A DNA stretch of 39,579 nucleotides, taken from the IMG/VR virus record IMGVR_UViG_3300033076_000575, positions 1-39,579 of that record; one strand, written 5' to 3'. This stretch comes from a virus. Its lineage: Duplodnaviria; Caudoviricetes. Each line of letters starts with the position of its first letter. The first letter of the stretch is position 1. The notes beneath the pieces were generated by a model. It saw only the letters and a program-made list of their open reading frames with translations, made no database searches and was not told the origin of the DNA. Positions 18,134-25,246 of this stretch are shown in pieces. Both the position numbers and the translations under genes were made by a program.

Positions 18134-19780
18134 ATGGCAAAAATGGACTGGTACACCCCGCTCAGTGAGACCTTTATGGGACGTGGGTATTTTCACAACA
18201 ACGCAACAATTGAGGATCGCATCCAGGCAATCGCTGACCTGGTCGGTAATACCTTTAAAGATGAAGACCTGCGCGCAAAGGTCAGATACTACATTGAGCA
18301 AGGGTATTATGTACTCCCTTCTCCAGTGTGGTCTAACGCAGGCACCGGCAGAGGATCTGGCATCTCCTGCTTTAATAGCCATATTTCTGACAGCATTGAG
18401 TCTATTATCAGGGCCAATGCTGAAGTAGGTATGCTATGCAAAATTGGTGGCGGGACCTCCGGCTACTTTGGTGACTTACGCCCCGCAGGCTCTCCTATCT
18501 CTACAGGTGGTGAGACTTACGGTGCTGTTCACTTTATGCAAATGTTTGACACTACCAAAAACGTTATCTCCCAAGGTAACGTAAGACGTGGTGAGTTTGC
18601 AGCTTATCTTGATATCACACATGGTGATGTCAAGGACTTTTTACGTATCAATGGTGAGGGACACAAACTACAGCGTTTCCCATTCGGTGTATGTGTTCCT
18701 GACCAATGGTTACAAGAAATGAAAGACGGAGATGTTGAGAAGCGTGAGCTATGGGCTATGGTCCTTGACTCACGTAACCGTACAGGTTTCCCTTACATTT
18801 TCTTTACTGACAACGTGAATAACGCAACAGTAGATGTGTACAAGGAAACTGGTGCCCGCATCAATTCATCCAATATGTGTACAGAGATCCTGCTTCCTTC
18901 TACAGAGGAGGAGTCATTTGTCTGTGACCTGGTTGGAATGAATCTGGTGAAGTTTGACGAATGGAAAGACACAGATGCTGTACGCGTTGCTGTGTACATT
19001 GCAGATGCTGTTCTACAGGAGTTTATTGACAACTACCGTGATACTGCATTTATTGGTAGAGCTATCCGTTTTGCTGAACGTCACCGCGCTATTGGTATTG
19101 GTGCTTCAGGATATCACTCTTACTTACAAAGCAAGATGATCGCCTTTGAAAGTATCCAGGCAAAAAGCGTTAACATTTTGATTTTCAAGACTATCCAGGA
19201 TCAAGCCTGGGCAGCATCAAAAGAAATGGCTGAGCGTTTTGGTGAGCCTGAGGTTCTCAAAGGATATGGCAGACGTCATACGACTCTTACAGCAGTAGCC
19301 CCTAACACGTCTTCCTCGTTCATCATGGGTCAGCAGTCACAATCTGTGGAGCCTTACACTTCTAACTATTACATCAAGAAGACAGCTAAGGTGAAGCATA
19401 CGGTGAAGAACCCTTACCTGGAGAAGCTCCTTGAGGAAAAAGGCAAGAACACCATGCAGGTGTGGCAGTCCATCCTGGAGCGTGCCGGTTCAGTGCAGCA
19501 CCTGGATTTCTTGAGCGATGAGGAGAAACTTGTCTTCAGGACCTTTATTGAGATTTCTCAGAGAGAGATTATCCTGCAGGCTGCCTCCCGTCAAAAGTAT
19601 ATTGACCAGGGACAGAGTCTGAATCTGATGATCCATCCATCTACTCCTACCAGAGATGTGAACAAACTGATCCTGGAGGCACATGAGATGGGTGTGAAGA
19701 CCCTTTATTACCAATTGGGACAAAATGCAGCCCAGGAATTCGCGCGCGATATTCTCAGCTGCGAAAGTTGTGCAGGTTAA
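18134..19780 (+). CDS. nrdA: ribonucleotide reductase class I alpha subunit (short, no ATP-cone)
   Basis: ISCF, GGGTS, RRG, SNMCTEI, VAPNTSSS, YIDQGQSLNL, KTLYY and C-terminal CESC motifs. Confidence 0.95.
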   Translation: MAKMDWYTPLSETFMGRGYFHNNATIEDRIQAIADLVGNTFKDEDLRAKVRYYIEQGYYVLPSPVWSNAGTGRGSGISCFNSHISDSIESIIRANAEVGMLCKIGGGTSGYFGDLRPAGSPISTGGETYGAVHFMQMFDTTKNVISQGNVRRGEFAAYLDITHGDVKDFLRINGEGHKLQRFPFGVCVPDQWLQEMKDGDVEKRELWAMVLDSRNRTGFPYIFFTDNVNNATVDVYKETGARINSSNMCTEILLPSTEEESFVCDLVGMNLVKFDEWKDTDAVRVAVYIADAVLQEFIDNYRDTAFIGRAIRFAERHRAIGIGASGYHSYLQSKMIAFESIQAKSVNILIFKTIQDQAWAASKEMAERFGEPEVLKGYGRRHTTLTAVAPNTSSSFIMGQQSQSVEPYTSNYYIKKTAKVKHTVKNPYLEKLLEEKGKNTMQVWQSILERAGSVQHLDFLSDEEKLVFRTFIEISQREIILQAASRQKYIDQGQSLNLMIHPSTPTRDVNKLILEAHEMGVKTLYYQLGQNAAQEFARDILSCESCAG

Positions 19781-19801
19781 ACAGCACAGAGTAAATACAA
19801 C

Positions 19802-19844
19802 GCAGGCGTTTAAGGTCGCATCACGCGGCCTTAGACCCACCTGC
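19802..19844 (+). other. long intergenic stem-loop without a U tract
   Basis: gtttaaggtcgc-atcac-gcggccttagac (12 bp including G-U pairs), enclosed by gcagg/cctgc. Confidence 0.5.
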
Positions 19845-19872
19845 AAAAACCAATTTTTAAAAACTAACCACA

Positions 19873-20493
19873 ATGAGAGAACTATTTGACTTTCTCGTCA
19901 AAAACAGCGTCAGCCCTAATGGCTTTTTGGTTCTTCATTCTACCTATTACTCTTACATGTATCCTAATTACATCAACTTCCGCCATGAACAATACCGGCT
20001 GGAGATGACTGGTCACCTTAAGGAAGAAAAGAAGGAGGTAGGTAGCATATTTGTCCTCACAGAAAAAGGTTTACACCTGCTGCGTGAAGCGGAGGAGATC
20101 CTCATGAAAACCAAACGCGCTAAAAAGACCAAGATCCCACTAGATGAATGGGAGCCTAACATCAAACGTTTCAATGAAATGTTTCCCAAGGGTAAGAAGG
20201 AAGGGACCAATGTCAGTTTCCGCACGAACCCTAAGGAGCTTATGGAACGTTTTGTCTGGTTCTTCAAGGAGTACCCGGATTATACCTGGGACCAGATCTT
20301 TGAGGCCACTCAGAAATACGTTGACAGTTTTGACGAGTCTACTGGATATACCTACATGCAGGTATCCAAGTATTTTATCAAGAAGGACGACAAGTTCAGG
20401 AGCACAAGCTCCTCTCTTGCTAACATGATTTACAACATGTTAGAAGGAAATGATGAGGAAGTTTCCTCAGGATATCATTACTTTGGTCCATAA
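19873..20493 (+). CDS. hypothetical protein, putative winged-helix DNA-binding or replication protein
   Basis: LEMTGHL...FVLTEKGLHLL resembles a wHTH wing, followed by a helical C-terminal domain. Confidence 0.55.
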   Translation: MRELFDFLVKNSVSPNGFLVLHSTYYSYMYPNYINFRHEQYRLEMTGHLKEEKKEVGSIFVLTEKGLHLLREAEEILMKTKRAKKTKIPLDEWEPNIKRFNEMFPKGKKEGTNVSFRTNPKELMERFVWFFKEYPDYTWDQIFEATQKYVDSFDESTGYTYMQVSKYFIKKDDKFRSTSSSLANMIYNMLEGNDEEVSSGYHYFGP

Positions 20494-20502
20494 ATTACCA
20501 CC

Positions 20503-20910
20503 ATGAACGCAATTTTAATTGACTCAAAACATCGTTCTATCCAGTACATTGACCTGGAGAATGATACAGTAGAGTGTCTTGGTCAAGCCATTGATGAAGA
20601 ACACATACTTCCCGTGCCTTGTGATGAGGCTTTATTGCAGAAACATTTCCTGATTACAGATGAAGTTCCTTACCTAAAAGAAGAACAAACTGTATATGGC
20701 GCTTTTACAGTCAAAGGATTTGATGCAAAAGATTATGTTTATAACAAAGCCATAATTGTAGGACCTCCCACCAATGGACGCTTCACGGACTGCACCCTTC
20801 CTTTAGAAGCTCTTTCTGACCGGATTCAGTTTGAAACAGAGCATAACGCCAAGGAATATCACCGCATTGCCAGAACGTTAGACATGTCCAGATGGGATAT
20901 TAAGTTGTAG
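20503..20910 (+). CDS. hypothetical protein
   Basis: Operonic ORF that directly abuts thyX. Confidence 0.7.
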   Translation: MNAILIDSKHRSIQYIDLENDTVECLGQAIDEEHILPVPCDEALLQKHFLITDEVPYLKEEQTVYGAFTVKGFDAKDYVYNKAIIVGPPTNGRFTDCTLPLEALSDRIQFETEHNAKEYHRIARTLDMSRWDIKL

Positions 20911-21591
20911 ATGAAAAACACAGTTGAACTATTGGGCTTTTATGGCTCAGATGAAACGCATGCACAGTCTGCGTGGACATCAACCTCCAGGGATCTTACG
21001 GAGGAAAAAAAAGAAAGGATCCCAAAGCTTTTGACAATGCTTGCAAGCGAAGGACATCATACACCTTTTGAAAAGTCCAGCTTGCATTTCCTGGTAACAG
21101 TAGACCAGGCCACACATATTCACCTGCTGAAGCACCGTGTTGGTGTTTCCATCAATGGTGAATCAGCTCGCTACAAAGAATTAAAAGAAGACAAGTTCAT
21201 TGTTCCTTATGACTGGAATGTTGTTCCTACTAGACTTGGTTTAGTAAAACAGCAAGTAGGTTATAAAAAAGAAGATGAACCAACCTGGAAAGATATCTTA
21301 GAGGAGTATGTGACTGCCGGTAACTGGTTGTATCATGAATGCCTAGCAGACCTGACTCCTGTACTGGGACGCAAGCGTGCTAAAGAATCAGCCAGGTTCT
21401 TTAAGACCATGAATTCTCAGATTACCATGGACGTGATGTTCAACTGGAGAAGCTTTATGCATTTCATGCATCTTCGTAATGATGAGCATGCACAGAAAGA
21501 AGTCATGCATGTGGCTCAGGAGATGCTTAGACTGGTAAGAACCATCCCAGGTGATCCATTCAAGCACAGCCTGGAGGCATTTGGATACTAA
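20911..21591 (+). CDS. thyX: flavin-dependent thymidylate synthase
   Basis: GHHTPFE, KHR.G.SINGESARY, KESARF, NWRSFMHF..LR and HAQKE motifs. Confidence 0.92.
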   Translation: MKNTVELLGFYGSDETHAQSAWTSTSRDLTEEKKERIPKLLTMLASEGHHTPFEKSSLHFLVTVDQATHIHLLKHRVGVSINGESARYKELKEDKFIVPYDWNVVPTRLGLVKQQVGYKKEDEPTWKDILEEYVTAGNWLYHECLADLTPVLGRKRAKESARFFKTMNSQITMDVMFNWRSFMHFMHLRNDEHAQKEVMHVAQEMLRLVRTIPGDPFKHSLEAFGY

Positions 21592-21594
21592 AAC

Positions 21595-21631
21595 AAAAAA
21601 GGGGCTACGTTAAACGTAGCCCCTTTTCTTT
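21595..21631. terminator. bidirectional intrinsic terminator
   Basis: aaaaaa-ggggctacgtt-a-aacgtagcccc-ttttcttt lies between convergent genes. Confidence 0.85.
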
Positions 21632-21716
21632 GTCAATCTATCACTTTCCAGACTCTCTGGTGTCACAAATATATGAAGAATTGGTGACAATGCTAAATTT
21701 CTTAGCACAGAATTTT

Positions 21717-23945
21717 CTAAGAAAGCATGTATTGCTCTGCGTTGTGTGTACTGTCGTCATCCAGACGCATAAGTTCCAGGATCTCTGGCTTTACATGGTC
21801 CGGGTGTACCCACCAGTCTTCATATGGACTCTTGCTGTCAGGAGAAATGTTTGGTGCTACCAGTATATAACCCCTGGCTTTAAGGAACTTCCTAGACTTT
21901 TCTCTGAAAGACTTAGTCAGGTCAGCGTAGTAATCATGCTCAAAAGTGATCACCCCAAAGCTGCACTGGTCAAACGGGATCTTTGTAAGGATCTCATAGG
22001 TAACTGAAGGTGGTTCACAATCCAGCTGCAGGTAATCAATGTGACCTTTGAACAGTCTCTTGTAGTCAAGATCCAGGGCGTTTGCGTGGATAATGCGGTT
22101 CTTGCGGTGTTGCTTGAACTTCTCTACTTCATGCTCCAGGATCTCTACAGAGGTACCTTTCCATCCCAGTTTTTCCAGCAGTGCAGTGTTGGATCCCTTG
22201 AATGGATCAGCTGCTCCAAACTCAAAGTAGGTACCATTGGTCTTACCGTCTAGCATAGAAAGCACAAATAGATCCTGGTAAGTCTGGCTGTAGTTCTCAT
22301 CAATGTTCTCAGAACCTGGGAACTTATGGCGGAGTTTGGAGTGATAAGCTTTTACATATCTCAGGAAAGGATCTGGTCCTGATCCCAGGCTGGTGATGTT
22401 TGCCTGTATAGCCTTGTGATATTTTTCAGGAACCATCTTGATGTTATCTGCCAGCAGGTGTAACAGTTCGCGAGACTCTTTCCCTTTCCCTATCCACCAG
22501 GCAGCCACTGCTTTTTGAAAGATAGCTCCGGCGTTGGAGTATTCAATATGCTTAGAATGGATAACAGCTGAGCTGTTAAAAGCTACAGCGCTGCAAGCAT
22601 GAGCGTATGATTTTGACCAGTCACCAATTCTCTCATAATATTCTGCCAGGCAAAGGTGTGCTTCCGGACGGTGAGGCTGATACGCCACTGCGTTTTGCCA
22701 CAAGCCTCCTTCAGTTGTTTGTCTACGGCCAAGTTTTGAAAGACATTTAGCTACCATGATCAGTGACTCATAGACCTTAGCCTCAATGTCACCAAACTCT
22801 GCTGCACGCAGGTAGAATGACATAGCTGATGCATAATGACCTTCCTTGTAATAGTATTCCCCAAGACGGAAGTTGTTTTCCCCATCAAAAGGACTATCTA
22901 CAATGTCTAAAATAAGGCTTGGTGTAGATGAACTTAGACGTTCTTTAGACGAACTTTTAGACATTTCAGCTGGTAAAAAACCCGTAAGTTCTTGAAACAC
23001 AGACTCTGGCAGTTTAACTATGAATGCAGTAGAATCCTGGAAACCAAATGGAATGATGAAGTTTCCGTCTACATAGGTCATTCCACAAGAAAATTCAATC
23101 TGGCCTGTCATAAACTTGAACTCCTGGGAGTAGTTTACAATGTTCCAGTCTTTATCCCAGACAATGAAACGATGATAGTACTGTGCGTCTTTCTTACCCT
23201 GCTCTGAGTTATACAGATCCACTTCATGAGTCAGTGCTACATAGTGGTCTTTGTAAGGGATCACCTGGGATCCTCCGCGTATATCGCGTGGAAACTTGAC
23301 AGACTGTTCTGCCAGATGAATGGTTTCAGTTTGATCTGTTCCTGGTATTACGCGCACTACTTCAGTAGGGCTGGTCCATTTCACATACGTGTAGGGCTGA
23401 TCTACAACTGGCATCCAGTTCTTTTCACAATAGCTCTCAGAAGGCGGTTGAAGTCTACGGCGGGAGATCTCCTTGGCAGCAAACACCTCACTGATCTCTA
23501 TTCGTCCTTCACCGTTAGTGGTAGTATCCCTTCTTACACCAGACAAGCAAAGGTGGTTACCCCAGTGTACCAGGCGTGCATCTTCCAGGCCAATGAATTC
23601 CCAGAGGGGTTCAACATCCAGGTCTGAAGTGTTTACTTTTTGGTGAAAGTTTACAGCAAGCGTATTGCTGTCGAGCTCGCACAGATAATTGGTTGTGCGG
23701 AGTGTGACATCATCTTCTGGGTTTAGATACGCCAGAGGGCCCCAAATGGTCTGATACTGCTGTTTTCCTTCGCTGTGGTACAGTGCGTATTGTACATGGC
23801 GCATGTTAAGCAGGAGCTTCTTGCTTTCAGGGTAGTAGAGAATACTGGGATTAGTAAGGCCCAGACCAGCAGAATCACTGGCAGGGATTGTCAGAAAGTT
23901 GACAGACCCGCCATTATCAAGGGCGAGCTTGCACAGGTTGTTCAT
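21717..23945 (-). CDS. fusion protein: five-bladed beta-propeller glycoside hydrolase/transferase-like domain, TPR repeats and FkbM-like SAM methyltransferase
   Basis: Propeller motifs NPSI, GLEDARL, EKNW, RGGS and IEFSCG. TPR-like helices (FRLGEYYY..G.Y.SA..FY, PHRPEA...LAEYY). FkbM-like YSQTYQD.FVL, YFEFGAADP..GSNT..LE..GWKG and IDYLQLDCE. Confidence 0.75.
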   Translation of the reverse strand: MNNLCKLALDNGGSVNFLTIPASDSAGLGLTNPSILYYPESKKLLLNMRHVQYALYHSEGKQQYQTIWGPLAYLNPEDDVTLRTTNYLCELDSNTLAVNFHQKVNTSDLDVEPLWEFIGLEDARLVHWGNHLCLSGVRRDTTTNGEGRIEISEVFAAKEISRRRLQPPSESYCEKNWMPVVDQPYTYVKWTSPTEVVRVIPGTDQTETIHLAEQSVKFPRDIRGGSQVIPYKDHYVALTHEVDLYNSEQGKKDAQYYHRFIVWDKDWNIVNYSQEFKFMTGQIEFSCGMTYVDGNFIIPFGFQDSTAFIVKLPESVFQELTGFLPAEMSKSSSKERLSSSTPSLILDIVDSPFDGENNFRLGEYYYKEGHYASAMSFYLRAAEFGDIEAKVYESLIMVAKCLSKLGRRQTTEGGLWQNAVAYQPHRPEAHLCLAEYYERIGDWSKSYAHACSAVAFNSSAVIHSKHIEYSNAGAIFQKAVAAWWIGKGKESRELLHLLADNIKMVPEKYHKAIQANITSLGSGPDPFLRYVKAYHSKLRHKFPGSENIDENYSQTYQDLFVLSMLDGKTNGTYFEFGAADPFKGSNTALLEKLGWKGTSVEILEHEVEKFKQHRKNRIIHANALDLDYKRLFKGHIDYLQLDCEPPSVTYEILTKIPFDQCSFGVITFEHDYYADLTKSFREKSRKFLKARGYILVAPNISPDSKSPYEDWWVHPDHVKPEILELMRLDDDSTHNAEQYMLS

Positions 23946-23969
23946 AAGAAAGTGTTGGTTTAAATATTT

Positions 23970-24302
23970 TTAGGCTGGTTGCGTCCAACTAGGAGGCAAT
24001 GTTTGCACAACAGGTGTAATCTGAAGATTGATATTCTCTAGCAAACGTGCTGTCATAGCATCAACGTCCAGGTTTTGTTCTAACCATGCGGTCACCTGGT
24101 CTGGTGTCAATTCTTCAAAAGGAGTAAATGACGCAGGATCTGGATCACCGATAAAGGTGCAACCGTATTCTTCTGCAATATAAGTTTTACCATTGTTAAC
24201 TTCAGTGCCCTGAAATCTCCAGTGCACATTGGTTACCACGTTTGTCAAATTATTGTCCTGAACCTTGCAGTCCATGGCTGAAATCACCCAATTAGTTTGC
24301 AT
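23970..24302 (-). CDS. small fibre-associated hypothetical protein
   Basis: NVVTNVHWR...FTPFEELT.DQV.AW...PSW is a pattern common downstream of phage fibre genes. Confidence 0.65.
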   Translation of the reverse strand: MQTNWVISAMDCKVQDNNLTNVVTNVHWRFQGTEVNNGKTYIAEEYGCTFIGDPDPASFTPFEELTPDQVTAWLEQNLDVDAMTARLLENINLQITPVVQTLPPSWTQPA

Positions 24303-24474
24303 TGTCTTCTTTTTTAGTCACCTCAGGTTTTAATACTGGAGGCTGTGGTTGTAGTACTTGAAGGGCACCAAGGACTGTGGATACATCCTGTAAAGAGTAA
24401 GCGCCTTTTGTGGTTGCTACGTTGATCGCGTCAACTAGGATCTGGTAAGCTTGTTCTGGGGTTAGTTGGTTCAT
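24292..24474 (-). CDS. small hypothetical protein
   Basis: 60-aa ATG ORF downstream of a TATATTTG element; overlaps the start of the next gene. Confidence 0.6.
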   Translation of the reverse strand: MNQLTPEQAYQILVDAINVATTKGAYSLQDVSTVLGALQVLQPQPPVLKPEVTKKEDNAN

Positions 24475-24498
24475 AAGGTATTGATTTTAATGTTCATA

Positions 24499-24506
24499 CA
24501 AATATA
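24499..24506 (-). promoter_or_regulatory. Bacteroidota-type -7 element TATATTTG
   Basis: Perfect TAnnTTTG on the minus strand, about 25 bp upstream of the ATG at 24474. Confidence 0.55.
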
Positions 24507-24509
24507 CAA

Positions 24510-24665
24510 TTATTCTCCTTTCAAAGCTTGCAACTCTGCATACACTGCAAGAAGTTCTGCTTCTTTTTGAGCAATAAGTTCTTCAGGGGTGGGTCCGTCT
24601 ACTTGAGAATAACGAACTTCTACTAATCCATTTTCATCATAAATTTCTTCTCTAATTTGTGGCAT
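24510..24665 (-). CDS. 51-aa hypothetical protein (absent from the ORF track)
   Basis: MPQIREEIYDENGLVEVRYSQVDGPTPEELIAQKEAELLAVYAELQALKGE*. Starts 4 nt after the upstream stop and has a C-terminal coiled coil. Confidence 0.7.
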   Translation of the reverse strand: MPQIREEIYDENGLVEVRYSQVDGPTPEELIAQKEAELLAVYAELQALKGE

Positions 24666-24669
24666 AATT

Positions 24670-25242
24670 TTACGCTTTAAGCATTAGTACATTAGGTACA
24701 ACAGATGAACCAGGTGTAGCTACTCCAAACGGATTTGGGGCAGAACCTAATACAGCAGTAGTATAATAATTAACATAAAAATTTGTTGCAAGAAGTGCTC
24801 TAATTGGTATAACACTACCATTATTTAAATAAGATATGCTAGGACTTGTTGAGCCAAAGTGTACACCTAACCAATAAGTAGTTCCTGCTACAAAATCAAA
24901 TGTTGTATTTACAATCTTCATTCCTATTGTTGAACCGTCTATAGTTGTACTCTCAAACAGTTTTCTATCAGGTTTTCCATTTAGATCAGAATACATTATT
25001 ATTCTAAAAGTAGCTCCTAAAACTGTACCGGGCACATTAATAACAAAATTTGATATTGTAAAACTTTGAGCAGGAATAAAAGGTGCTACTATTATTCGAT
25101 TTGTAGTTACTGTTCCTGAGGCAGGCGCCAAAGCATTTACTGCTAGACTTGTAGCTTCACTCGATGAAAGAGGTAAAACAGCATGAACGCCAGGTAACCC
25201 TCCTGATCCACTTTGTATATTTTTACCAGCTATTTTTTTCAT
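24670..25242 (-). CDS. beta-rich fibre-associated protein
   Basis: Directly follows the fibre gene. RIIMYSDLNGKP...AGTTYWLG beta-sandwich-like pattern. Confidence 0.65.
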   Translation of the reverse strand: MKKIAGKNIQSGSGGLPGVHAVLPLSSSEATSLAVNALAPASGTVTTNRIIVAPFIPAQSFTISNFVINVPGTVLGATFRIIMYSDLNGKPDRKLFESTTIDGSTIGMKIVNTTFDFVAGTTYWLGVHFGSTSPSISYLNNGSVIPIRALLATNFYVNYYTTAVLGSAPNPFGVATPGSSVVPNVLMLKA

Positions 25243-25246
25243 AGTA

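Noticed and set aside
11268-19780. Inteins or introns in the DNA polymerase or RNR genes
   Set aside because: The proteins are compact with contiguous motifs and show no intein-like insertions.
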